Positions 1-8,997 are shown, numbered from the stretch's first letter. The stretch is 64,000 nucleotides of DNA from an uncultured Candidatus Marinamargulisbacteria bacterium (GCA_903910705.1 CAIWAN010000052.1:5844-69843), one strand, 5' to 3'. Made by a program: numbers and translations. Notes: a model not told the origin generated them from the letters alone.

Positions 1-1008
1 CGAGATCTTATGCATTTCCTCGGTTCGGATCTGAACCTCGACGGGCTTTCCGCTCGGGCCAATAACCACCGTATGAATAGACTGATACATATTCTGTTTG
101 GGCATCGCGATATAATCCTTGAATCGACCCGGAATAGGCTTGCATTGCGTATGAATGATACCCAGAACGGCGTAACACTCTTTGACCTCTTTCACGATAA
201 TTCGAATGGCATAAAGGTCATAGAGGTTCTTAATAGTGGTACGTTGCTTGATCATTTTATTGTAAATCGACCAGAAATGTTTGGGCCGCCCTGTTACAAC
301 CGCAGGGATATCCTCGAGCGCGAGTAAGGTCTGAACGAGTTTAACAAAATCCTGAATGTAGAGTTCCCGACCCTCTCGCTTTTCGGCGATCTCACCTTTC
401 AATTTTTGGTAATCTTCTTCATACAGGTGGCGGAAACAAAGATCCTCTAGCTCCCATTTTATTTGACTCATCCCCAATCGATGGGAAAGGGGCGCATAAA
501 TATCAAGGGTCTCACGAGCGATCCGTCGCCGCTTATCCTCATCAAGGAACTTCAAGGTTCGCATATTGTGAAGGCGATCGGCTAACTTAATGATGACGAT
601 GCGAATATCCTTGGCCATGGCCAAAAACATCCGACGAAAATTCTCGATCTTCGCCTCTTCCGCACTCGAGAAATTCAATCGGCCGAGCTTCGTAACCCCC
701 TCGACGATCTCCGCCACATTTTCACCAAACAACCGAACGATCTCTTCATGGGACACATCGGTATCCTCGACCACATCATGCAGCATAGCCGCAATGAGTG
801 TCGTCTCGTCGGCCTCATATTCGGCTAGGATCTCAACCACATGAACGGGATGCCAAATATAAGACTCCCCTGACCGCCGTTTCTGGCCATCATGGGCTTT
901 CATCGAGAACTCAAAGGCCTCAATAAATTTCTCAAGATTGAAATGTTTGTTGTAGATTTTTATCGACTTGGCTAAACGGCGAATGGTATAACGCAGCTCT
1001 TGTTCCAT
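1..1008 (-). CDS. relA: RelA/SpoT (p)ppGpp synthetase/hydrolase, N-terminal part (runs off the left edge)
   Basis: Not in the ORF track; hand translation gives AHDGQKRRSGESYIWHP, AAMLHDVVEDT (HD hydrolase), GRPKHFWSIYNKM and EVQIRT (synthetase). In-frame ATGs at 1008 and 1026. Confidence 0.93.
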   Translation of the reverse strand, partial: MEQELRYTIRRLAKSIKIYNKHFNLEKFIEAFEFSMKAHDGQKRRSGESYIWHPVHVVEILAEYEADETTLIAAMLHDVVEDTDVSHEEIVRLFGENVAEIVEGVTKLGRLNFSSAEEAKIENFRRMFLAMAKDIRIVIIKLADRLHNMRTLKFLDEDKRRRIARETLDIYAPLSHRLGMSQIKWELEDLCFRHLYEEDYQKLKGEIAEKREGRELYIQDFVKLVQTLLALEDIPAVVTGRPKHFWSIYNKMIKQRTTIKNLYDLYAIRIIVKEVKECYAVLGIIHTQCKPIPGRFKDYIAMPKQNMYQSIHTVVIGPSGKPVEVQIRTEEMHKIS

Positions 1009-1070
1009 AACGGTTAATCGTAACATGTTTTTTAGGTTTAATAACCCCTATTTTGGGGCACACTCTGAAT

Positions 1071-1535
1071 ATGGAACAAGAAGAACAACCCGAGACCTTC
1101 CGAGATATTGCGCGTGTTTGCGTTAAAAAGAACAATAAAGGGCCCTTTGATGAGCTCATTACCACCCTTTTCCGTATCAAACAGTTGACCGAATTTATTC
1201 CCCATATCGATTCAAAATGGGACAAGAAAACGGTTTTAATGAAATGTATCAGTCAAGGTCTCAAATACTCAAACTTCAAAAGCTTTAAAGACGAGGTCAC
1301 GGCCTATCCCAGCTTTAGCGATCTGGAAAATTGCAGCTCAATAAAAGAGTTCTATGCCTTATTGACCGAAGAAGAAAATCAAGAACCGATACACAAAAAG
1401 CTATTACAGCGTTTTCAAGGCATCCTTCATGAGCATGAATTCTCGCTTTCATTTTTGAAGAATTGGATCGCAAAAGATATCGAAGAACTCGAGCAGCAAG
1501 CCGAATACATCAAAATCACTCAACCAAACGGATAG
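1071..1535 (+). CDS. Hypothetical protein
   Basis: ORF divergent from relA that fills the gap; first ATG at 1071 (track start 1053 is TTG). No family recognised. Confidence 0.65.
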   Translation: MEQEEQPETFRDIARVCVKKNNKGPFDELITTLFRIKQLTEFIPHIDSKWDKKTVLMKCISQGLKYSNFKSFKDEVTAYPSFSDLENCSSIKEFYALLTEEENQEPIHKKLLQRFQGILHEHEFSLSFLKNWIAKDIEELEQQAEYIKITQPNG

Positions 1536-1540
1536 CCCTC

Positions 1541-1574
1541 ACTCCTCCCGCATTAACTTCAAGAACATCGCAGC
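1541..1574. repeat. 34-bp direct repeat, copy 1 (duplicate of the 3' end of the 2495..3787 gene)
   Basis: ACTCCTCCCGCATTAACTTCAAGAACATCGCAGC is identical to 2497..2530; on the minus strand both read AAMFLKLMREE then stop (TGA here, TAG in copy 2). Confidence 0.95.
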
Positions 1575-1577
1575 CTA

Positions 1578-1624
1578 TTGATTTATACCTCAATAATAGG
1601 TAATATAACCTTCATTGGAGGTAT
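1578..1624 (+). promoter_or_regulatory. Sigma70-type promoter with overlapping inverted repeat (putative autorepression operator)
   Basis: TTGATT(1578)-17 nt-TAATAT(1601); arms ATACCTC(1585)...GAGGTAT(1624) and inner AGGT/ACCT cover the -10 box and GGAGG RBS. Confidence 0.55.
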
Positions 1625-1629
1625 GATTT

Positions 1630-1965
1630 ATGTTAGATTACTTGTTTGGAAATAAAAATATTGAAAAAATACTGCAATATTTATCAAAGAACAAAACGGG
1701 GTATGCTTACGAACTCTCGCGACAATTTGGATGCTCTCTTGCACCGATCCAAAAAACCCTCAATAAACTTGAGCGGGGCGGACTCCTAGTTAGTCTAAAC
1801 ATAGGAAAAACACGACAATTTCAATTTAATCCAAAGTATCCCTTTCTAAATGAGATTGAGGCACTCGTCAAAGCAGCTTATCGTTTTCTACCCGAGGATC
1901 AGAAATTAACGTATCAACGCCTTACCAGAAAGCGTCCAAGACGAGCGAACAAGCCATTGCTGTGA
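1630..1965 (+). CDS. Winged-helix (ArsR-like) regulator, putative antitoxin
   Basis: YAYELSRQF..SLAPIQKTLNKLERGGLLVS...GKTRQFQFN wHTH pattern; GGAGG RBS; GTGA overlap with next gene. Confidence 0.75.
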   Translation: MLDYLFGNKNIEKILQYLSKNKTGYAYELSRQFGCSLAPIQKTLNKLERGGLLVSLNIGKTRQFQFNPKYPFLNEIEALVKAAYRFLPEDQKLTYQRLTRKRPRRANKPLL

Positions 1966-2492
1966 CAATTCCTATTGTTAAAGATCTGTCCATCTCTGAC
2001 CTAGCAGCCTTTATTGGTGGATATTTAGAACAACAGGGTGTGGATGTCGTTTTGGTCGGTGGAGCATGTGTATCCATTTATTCAAAACATGCTTACATCT
2101 CAGGTGATTTAGATTTAATTACTTATCACGAAGGCAAAAAGATCAAAGAAGCGCTGTCTCGCATCGGGTTCAGGTTTACAAAGAATAACTATTTTGTTCA
2201 TTCAGAGAGCAACTTTATTCTAGAGTTCGTGAACCCGCCTGCAGCAATAGGCCGAGACGCCATTACAGAGTTTGCGCAATATAAAACAAATCTTGGTTCA
2301 ATAAAGCTCCTAACGCCTACAGACTGCGTAAAAGATAGGCTTACAGCCTACTTCTATTGGAACGATGAACAGTCCCTTGAACAAGCTTTACTTGTTGCAA
2401 GAGAACAAACAATAAACCTTTCTTTGTTGGAAATTTGGGCAAAAAGAGAAAAACAATTGGGCAAGTTTTCCACGTTTATTTCTCTCATTTAA
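1962..2492 (+). CDS. Nucleotidyltransferase-fold protein, putative toxin (AbiEii/DUF6036-like)
   Basis: VVLVGGACV...SGDLDL: GG plus DxD motif of the pol-beta NTase superfamily. Confidence 0.7.
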   Translation: MTIPIVKDLSISDLAAFIGGYLEQQGVDVVLVGGACVSIYSKHAYISGDLDLITYHEGKKIKEALSRIGFRFTKNNYFVHSESNFILEFVNPPAAIGRDAITEFAQYKTNLGSIKLLTPTDCVKDRLTAYFYWNDEQSLEQALLVAREQTINLSLLEIWAKREKQLGKFSTFISLI

Positions 2493-2494
2493 CG

Positions 2495-3787
2495 CTACTC
2501 CTCCCGCATTAACTTCAAGAACATCGCAGCGTCATTGGTCTGCATCGTCGAGAGCAGTTTTGCCTTCTTTTTGACCGACATTTTATCAAGGATCTTTTTG
2601 CATTCTGGGGGCGACAAATGCTTCCAAATAACCAAGACGTCATCGGGGGGCACCTTTTCCCAGACCCGAATGAACTGTTGAAAGTTTTTTGAGGGTTCCT
2701 CTGTCAACGTCCCTCGCGTCATTTCTTTGTAATACGTCGCAACTTTTTCAGATGGCAGGGCAACAAATAACTTGGTAACGGTTCTGTCCGACAGAGCCAA
2801 TAAAATATCTTCGACGGCTTTGTTATTCATTCGCGTAAATATCGGCGGCAAGGCATTGATGTCCATCTTTTCGTAAACAGCCGCTAGTTGTCGACGTTTC
2901 TTTTTGGCCTCTTCGACAACATTCACCGTTGGCTGAACCGCCACCCCATTTGTCTCGGTCGGGGCTATTGACGCAGACGGCATTTGGGGGATCGCAGGCA
3001 GCAAAAAGGACGCGGCCGGAACATCTTGACCATCGGGCGGAGGCGGCTCATCGATACCAACAACCCCCATTGCAACGCGGGTACTATTTATCCATTGGTA
3101 CAACAAATGGCGGGGGGGCACATTGAGACCGATCGCATCCTCACGACTCACTTGAAACATCTCTTGCTTTCCGAGCATCGCACAGTAACTTCCCGAACTA
3201 ATAAGAGGGACTAATTCATTGAAATCAGCATGGAGATTTACCGCATCATACAGGCGTTGCGCGACTTGTTTGGTTCGAATATACGGTGTTTTGCTGCCCT
3301 GTCCGACGAGGATCTTCATGATCTGAACATTATCGACCCAGAGTTCTGAAAATTCTTTATTTTTTACAATATTTCGGATGACCCGAAATCGATACAAAAA
3401 AGGAGGCGTCTGTTCCGAACTCTCAATATCGGCGACCTCTCTGATATCGAGATTAAACTCGCCAATTCGCTTGATTTGATTTTGAGCCGAAATACGTTCC
3501 TTGGCCCACGCAACACGTTGTTCTTGAGCAGCAATTTTCTGAACGGTACTCGCTATAAAAGGCAACCGATAGGCCACTCTCTTTGGCAAATATCCCATAA
3601 AGGCCAAGTTGGCGATGACTAAATACAAAAGAAAGATCAACAAAAAGAGACTCAATGCGATGAGAATACCTGACACAACGGAACGTCTAACCCGTTGAGG
3701 GTCTAGTTTCTTTTTCGGGTGTTTTAGGCGGCGCTTATGGGTTTTGACCTTTTTTGCTGCTTCCGCTCTGCCTTGTTCTTCATCCAT
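2495..3787 (-). CDS. Membrane-anchored protein with C-terminal MgtE-N/MotE/FlbB(YlxF)-like helical repeats
   Basis: Basic N-terminus, one TM helix, C-terminal LAAVYEKMD / FIRVWEKVP / ILDKMSVKKKAKLLSTM units; divergent from fliK. Start at 3787 chosen from TGaTATGAT 7 nt upstream. Confidence 0.55.
   Translation of the reverse strand: MDEEQGRAEAAKKVKTHKRRLKHPKKKLDPQRVRRSVVSGILIALSLFLLIFLLYLVIANLAFMGYLPKRVAYRLPFIASTVQKIAAQEQRVAWAKERISAQNQIKRIGEFNLDIREVADIESSEQTPPFLYRFRVIRNIVKNKEFSELWVDNVQIMKILVGQGSKTPYIRTKQVAQRLYDAVNLHADFNELVPLISSGSYCAMLGKQEMFQVSREDAIGLNVPPRHLLYQWINSTRVAMGVVGIDEPPPPDGQDVPAASFLLPAIPQMPSASIAPTETNGVAVQPTVNVVEEAKKKRRQLAAVYEKMDINALPPIFTRMNNKAVEDILLALSDRTVTKLFVALPSEKVATYYKEMTRGTLTEEPSKNFQQFIRVWEKVPPDDVLVIWKHLSPPECKKILDKMSVKKKAKLLSTMQTNDAAMFLKLMREE
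2497..2530. repeat. 34-bp direct repeat, copy 2
   Basis: Identical to 1541..1574; forms the last codons of the 2495..3787 gene. Confidence 0.95.
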
Positions 3788-3959
3788 GATCGTTATCATA
3801 TCAAAGATTCGCACTCTTTTGACCCTTTACAAGCAAAAAAAAATAGGTACTATGTTAAGTGTTACAGGGAATTGTACGGGGGTTTTTCACGGAAGATCAT
3901 TATTAGCACTGGCTGCCAGGAACGCTTGTCGTATGGCCAAAGCCAAGAAAGGGAGACCT

Positions 3960-5573
3960 ATGCAAGCGGTCACACAAGTATCCTCGTTAGGGGATCAAAC
4001 GCTATTCTTCTCGTCATCGTCAAAAAACACGGATTCTTCTTTTGCAGATATTTTTGCCAAAGAGAGTCAATCCCCTCCTGCTGAATCGAAAGCGGAGACG
4101 CCGACTAAGCCATCCACCGTTTCGGCCGAAGCCAATAAACCCGCCGAGAACAAATCAAGTCCCTCAACGGAAGCCAGTGAAACGACAAAAGCTGAGGCCA
4201 CCAACAAAGAAACCAAAGAGGCTCAAGCCAAACTCGAGGAAGAAGCCCTTAAAGAAAAGGTCAACACGCTCGTTTCAACAACGCCCACGTCCATCGCCTT
4301 TTTGCCAACACTCACGTCAAAAGAAACACTGGCCAAGCCAAACCATGCCACAAAGTGGACAGAGATCCCTCCGGTCACCCTTCGACTAAGCGGGAAATCG
4401 ATTACGTCTTCAGACCTCAATACAACGAATAATACAGACCTTGCGACCTTAGCCAAAAACATCAAAGAATTAGCCCCCCTTCTGGCCAAGCTGAAAGATA
4501 AGGTGGACATGTCCGCAGAGGAACGAACGAATTTGATGGCCCTCATTTCAAAAATATCGCAAAGCCTTTCAACCCTTCAGACACAATCCGCATCGCTTTC
4601 TATCGATCAAAAGAATATCCTTGCGTCCTTAAACACCCTTAAAGACTCCTTAACAACATCGCTACAAGTATCGAACGCCTCGTCACAAGCATTACCCCTT
4701 CAACGTTCAACGGATCAATCGGCTTCGTCCATCGCAACACTTCTCCAAGACCTACAAGGTTATGTTGAAGAGGTTAAAAAAACTCAAACCTTTAAGACAG
4801 AACTTATTAAGGGGATTGATCTTAGCCAAAAGAACGCGACGATCCAACCGGTTGCAACAAACCTGCAAACCCCTGAAGCGATCGCTGCAGCATCCGTTGT
4901 CGAATCCACGCCAGAAGTTGTTGATGCATTAAGTCAGGACATCGCCCCACCAGAAAAAACCAAATCACAAACCAGCAAGCAGCTTACCGATATGATAAAG
5001 CCTCTTTTTAGCGACAATCTCAATGTTGTCAACCTAAACACCGACACCAAGGCGGCCCCCCAAGCTCAACCATCTGTTGCGGCCACAGCACCACTTGCAG
5101 GGGCACCCCAAACCGCTAACATCGAAAAACAAACCGCCATTCTGTCGCAATTTACAACCTTTATGGCCGTCACCAAGCTTCGCTCAGAAACCGAAGTAAC
5201 GCTTCGTCTACATCCTCGCGAATTAGGGGACATTAAGATTCAGATCACTCGCACAGAGAACCAAGCCCTTCACGAGCCAGCGACTATTTCCGCTAAGTTC
5301 CAAGTCAACAGCGAGATGGTCAAATCCGTCCTTGAAAGCAATTTCAATTTACTCAAAGATAGCCTTCAACAGCAAGGCAACTTTAATATGGCGCAAATGA
5401 GTGTTGATGTCCAAACCAATGGATCTCAGAACCAGGGTTTTCAAGACAATCAGGAAAGCGCATCCAATCAGGGTTTTTACTCGAATCCTTTAGTCAATGA
5501 GGATCATTTTGTTGCAAACTCGTCCCCTTCCTTAGCTATCGCACATAGCGGGGATTTGGACAGAGTGGCCTAA
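3960..5573 (+). CDS. fliK: Flagellar hook-length control protein
   Basis: Long S/T/P/K-rich region then LRLHPRELGDIKIQI and LKDSLQQQG (T3S4 domain); precedes flgD; AGGGAG RBS before ATG 3960. Confidence 0.88.
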   Translation: MQAVTQVSSLGDQTLFFSSSSKNTDSSFADIFAKESQSPPAESKAETPTKPSTVSAEANKPAENKSSPSTEASETTKAEATNKETKEAQAKLEEEALKEKVNTLVSTTPTSIAFLPTLTSKETLAKPNHATKWTEIPPVTLRLSGKSITSSDLNTTNNTDLATLAKNIKELAPLLAKLKDKVDMSAEERTNLMALISKISQSLSTLQTQSASLSIDQKNILASLNTLKDSLTTSLQVSNASSQALPLQRSTDQSASSIATLLQDLQGYVEEVKKTQTFKTELIKGIDLSQKNATIQPVATNLQTPEAIAAASVVESTPEVVDALSQDIAPPEKTKSQTSKQLTDMIKPLFSDNLNVVNLNTDTKAAPQAQPSVAATAPLAGAPQTANIEKQTAILSQFTTFMAVTKLRSETEVTLRLHPRELGDIKIQITRTENQALHEPATISAKFQVNSEMVKSVLESNFNLLKDSLQQQGNFNMAQMSVDVQTNGSQNQGFQDNQESASNQGFYSNPLVNEDHFVANSSPSLAIAHSGDLDRVA

Positions 5574-5586
5574 AGGAGGCTCGATC

Positions 5587-6207
5587 ATGGCCAGTACAAC
5601 GCCGACTATTCAAACCAATGCGTTTAACTCCATTAATCGAAATATCACCTCGAGCAATCAGTTGGGAAAAGACCAGTTTCTTAAAATGCTCGTCACCCAA
5701 CTTCAATACCAAGACCCGATGAGTCCTCAAAGCAATGAAAGCTTTATCGCTCAGTTGGCTCAATTTAGTGCCCTTGAATCCCAGCAAAACCAGCAAAAAA
5801 CTCTTGAAGGGGCGCAAGCATTTTCCCTCATCGGAAAAACCGTCGAGAAAGTCGACGTTCTGACTCAAGCGGTTACTCAAGGCGTTGTAGGCGGGGTCAA
5901 GGTCGTTAGTGGCAAATATACGCTCCTGCTTGACCAAGCGGATACAAGCACTGTACTTAAAACCGATGTTGTCTCCGCCTTTAATGCAGCCGGAAAGAGT
6001 TATGAGCAATATAAGAACACCCTATTTACCGCGACCAGTCTCAGTGCAGACAAGCTCGTCTGGCGTTCAAACATCACCTCAGAAGCCGATTTTGCAACAA
6101 CTTTAGGCTATGCGGATGCGACCAAACTACCAACAGCGCTTCGAGGATTATATGGAAAAGCCTATCCGACCGAAGTGGCCATCGGAGACGTCAGCTATGT
6201 TTATTGA
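5587..6207 (+). CDS. flgD: Flagellar hook capping protein
   Basis: LGKDQFLKMLVTQLQYQDPMSP...FIAQLAQFSALE...SLIGKTV. Confidence 0.93.
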   Translation: MASTTPTIQTNAFNSINRNITSSNQLGKDQFLKMLVTQLQYQDPMSPQSNESFIAQLAQFSALESQQNQQKTLEGAQAFSLIGKTVEKVDVLTQAVTQGVVGGVKVVSGKYTLLLDQADTSTVLKTDVVSAFNAAGKSYEQYKNTLFTATSLSADKLVWRSNITSEADFATTLGYADATKLPTALRGLYGKAYPTEVAIGDVSYVY

Positions 6208-6240
6208 TCCATCTATTTTGAAGGGAGGCGAACGAAACAC

Positions 6241-6648
6241 ATGGTAGATATGAGCCGATTTTCACAAGATATTGCACGGATACAAGCCGACCAGATCGGT
6301 CTAAACATTGCCCCCACACCCAGTCAACGAAAACTTGAACAAAGTCAATTCGCGCAAGAATTTAAAGCAAAGTTGGGGATCAGTGACGATCAAGATATTG
6401 TCCAATTTTCGAATCATGCTATTGCTCGACTTCAGAAAAGAAATATCGACATTACGCCGACAGACCTTTCCCGCATCACCAGTGCGATCGATAAGGCTGC
6501 AGCAAAAGGATCTCGCGACTCGCTCGTCATGATCGATGATCTGGCGCTTGTTGTAAGTATAAAGAATCGAACGGTCATAACGGCCATGGACCAACAATCC
6601 ATGAAAGATCAGGTGATTACGAATATTGATAGTGCGGTTATCGGTTAG
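6241..6648 (+). CDS. Flagellar operon protein (TIGR02530 family)
   Basis: FSNHAIARLQKRNI...AAAKGSRDSLV...ALVVSIKNRTVITAMD...TNIDSAVI, between flgD and flgE. Confidence 0.9.
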   Translation: MVDMSRFSQDIARIQADQIGLNIAPTPSQRKLEQSQFAQEFKAKLGISDDQDIVQFSNHAIARLQKRNIDITPTDLSRITSAIDKAAAKGSRDSLVMIDDLALVVSIKNRTVITAMDQQSMKDQVITNIDSAVIG

Positions 6649-6662
6649 TTATTGAATCCATA

Positions 6663-6690
6663 GCGGGTTGGACCTCCTGAGGAAACCTGC
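6663..6690 (+). promoter_or_regulatory. Stem-loop in the flgE leader
   Basis: GCGGGTT/AACCTGC outer stem, GGA/A internal loop, CCT/AGG inner stem; no U-tract; 22 nt before the flgE ATG. Confidence 0.4.
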
Positions 6691-6712
6691 TAAATAAAAA
6701 GGGGGGGGTATT

Positions 6713-8959
6713 ATGTTACGTTCTATGTTCGCAGGCCTTTCTGGCCTTCGGAACCACCAAACAGCGCTTGACGTTATCGGTAACAATATATCGAATGTCA
6801 ACACCGTGGGGTATAAAGGTTCCCGTATTCAGTTCGCAGAACTTCTGAGTCAAACCATTCGAGGCGCAGGATCTCCTTCAGCCGAAGGAACGGGGGGTAC
6901 AAACGCCATTCAAGTCGGCCTTGGTATCGCAACGGCATCCATCGACGTCAGCCATCAACAAGGCAATCTTCAATCTACGGGAAACATGAGTGATCTTGCC
7001 CTTCAAGGCAATGGTTTTTTTATCCTTAGTGATGGTCAAAAACAAGCCTACTCGAGAGCGGGCGAATTCTCCTTTGACGCGAACGGAACAATGGTTGCCT
7101 CAAACGGAATGAATGTGATGGGCTGGATGGCCGATTCAGCGGGAACCGTTGATCTTAACACCAATATTCAAGGGCTGCTTATCCCTGTCGGAAAAACGAT
7201 CGACGCCCGCGCCACAACAAAAGTAGACTATGCCCATAATCTCAGCTCTAAATCAGATATGCTTGGTACCCCGCACATCGCGTCAGGGAATTCTGCCAAT
7301 GTAGAGCTGATCACCGGCACCTATACCGGCAACGCCACCGCGATTGATAACCTTGGCGCCTCATTCCCTATTGTTGACGTCGTAGGCAGTCATTATCTGA
7401 CGGTCAATGCTGAAACACATACCGGCACAAGAACAGACTTGAACGGAACCGAATCTTTAACAGCGCTTGGAGCCACCAATGTAAGTACGTTTCGGGTCGC
7501 CGTCGACGGGGTTTCAAACATTGTAACCCTTGCGAATGGCAATATCAGCACAGTCAATGAGTTAATATCTGCGATCAACTCTCAGATCAATGGGGTTACC
7601 GCTGAACTATCAGGAAATGCCGTCAAAATAACCCGAAATATTGCTGGCTCTGATGCAACCATTTCTGTTGAAGATATCGGGTTTGCAACCAATGGAATCG
7701 CTGCCAATGTTTTTGGAACGGGAAATGCTGTTTGGACCGCAGGCACCCACAACAAAGGAACAACCATTCTGGGGGGGTCACCCTCTATTGCGGGAGCACT
7801 CCCCTTAACAACCTGGCCAGCCCTCAGCCTTGCCCAGACACTCAATGTCACGGTCAATGAAGCCGGCGGAGCAAAAACTATTGCATTTACCCCAACCGGA
7901 ACAGAAACCACACTCAATGATCTGATCACCAGTTTCAATACATGGGGCGCCTCTGCGGGGTTTGATAAAGCCGTTAAGATGTCGGTCAATAATGCAGGTA
8001 ATCTCATTATTGAAACAAAAGACCCATCAGTTGCGACCACAGGGCTTAGCGTAGCCGATGGGGGTGCAGGGGGCATCAAATCAACACTGATGGGCGTTAC
8101 AACCCAAATAGGACGAACGTCAGTCGCCGCAAATGTTACCCACGAATTCATTGAAGCTGACGGAGGGGGCGCACACTACACTCAACTCGATTTCAGTAAT
8201 GGGGATGCCCAGATCACAGGACTTACAGGGGTCTCTATCACAGCGAATACAACAGGGTTTAAAGCCGGTACGGTCGTCTTACAAACGGTAGCAGCAGCAG
8301 AACACATCGCAACGACACAAGTATATGACTCTCTCGGACTTGCCCATACCATTAACGTAACCCTAAAGCGACTATCCGATAACACGTGGAAATGGGACGC
8401 TGGGGGTATCGATGTTGTGGGTTCGGGCACCTTAACCTTTGATGCGAACGGCGTCATACAATCCGGTTCGGTAAATGGGAATATAACGGTAGGCGCATCG
8501 GGCGGAGCGAACTCGATCTCCATTGTTCCTGATTTCAGCAGCGTGACCCAATACGCCTCTTCAAGCACCATGTTACACGTCAACCAAGATGGGTATACCG
8601 ATGGCTCCCTATCAACGTATTCCATTGATTCGAACGGAGAGATTTTGGGTATCTATACCAATGGACTCAACCAAACCATTGGGCAAATAGCGGTAGCCGC
8701 CTTTAACAATCCGGCAGGTTTAATGAAAACAGGGGATAGCATGTTTATTGCCTCGAATAACTCGGGGACAGCCCAAATTGGTGCGGCGAACACCGGCGGT
8801 AGAGGAACGTTCTCTGCTGGTACTTTAGAAATGTCTAACGTCGATATCGCTCAAGAATTTGCGAATATGATCATTTATGAGAGAGGCTTTCAGGCCAACT
8901 CAAAAGTCATCACAACGGGTGATGACATGCTACAAACACTGGTTAGCATGAAACGATAA
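6713..8959 (+). CDS. flgE: Flagellar hook protein (long form)
   Basis: MLRSMFAGLSGL..HQTALDVIGNNISNVNTVGYK; DLALQGNGFF; LEMSNVDIAQEFANMIIYERGFQANSKVITT. Confidence 0.96.
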   Translation: MLRSMFAGLSGLRNHQTALDVIGNNISNVNTVGYKGSRIQFAELLSQTIRGAGSPSAEGTGGTNAIQVGLGIATASIDVSHQQGNLQSTGNMSDLALQGNGFFILSDGQKQAYSRAGEFSFDANGTMVASNGMNVMGWMADSAGTVDLNTNIQGLLIPVGKTIDARATTKVDYAHNLSSKSDMLGTPHIASGNSANVELITGTYTGNATAIDNLGASFPIVDVVGSHYLTVNAETHTGTRTDLNGTESLTALGATNVSTFRVAVDGVSNIVTLANGNISTVNELISAINSQINGVTAELSGNAVKITRNIAGSDATISVEDIGFATNGIAANVFGTGNAVWTAGTHNKGTTILGGSPSIAGALPLTTWPALSLAQTLNVTVNEAGGAKTIAFTPTGTETTLNDLITSFNTWGASAGFDKAVKMSVNNAGNLIIETKDPSVATTGLSVADGGAGGIKSTLMGVTTQIGRTSVAANVTHEFIEADGGGAHYTQLDFSNGDAQITGLTGVSITANTTGFKAGTVVLQTVAAAEHIATTQVYDSLGLAHTINVTLKRLSDNTWKWDAGGIDVVGSGTLTFDANGVIQSGSVNGNITVGASGGANSISIVPDFSSVTQYASSSTMLHVNQDGYTDGSLSTYSIDSNGEILGIYTNGLNQTIGQIAVAAFNNPAGLMKTGDSMFIASNNSGTAQIGAANTGGRGTFSAGTLEMSNVDIAQEFANMIIYERGFQANSKVITTGDDMLQTLVSMKR

Positions 8960-8967
8960 CTATTTTA

Positions 8968-8997
8968 GCCGAGGCACAAAAAAAACTGTGCCTCGGC
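8968..8997. terminator. Hairpin after flgE (terminator or RNA-stabilising structure)
   Basis: Perfect 11-bp stem GCCGAGGCACA/TGTGCCTCGGC; U-tract is weak. Confidence 0.6.

Larger units (their letters stand above)
1541..2530. mobile_element. Integrase-less two-gene islet bounded by att-like direct repeats
   Basis: Perfect 34-bp flanking repeats enclosing a promoter and a wHTH + NTase pair; no recombinase inside. Confidence 0.6.

Noticed and set aside
10-1225. Track ORFs 10..327, 590..844 and 932..1225
   Set aside because: Shadow frames of relA and the 1071..1535 gene; relA itself is missing from the track because it runs off the edge.
3744-3959. Extended fliK start or a c-di-GMP riboswitch in the fliK leader
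   Set aside because: The extension overlaps the divergent gene's start and an RBS supports ATG 3960; no riboswitch consensus was recognisable.
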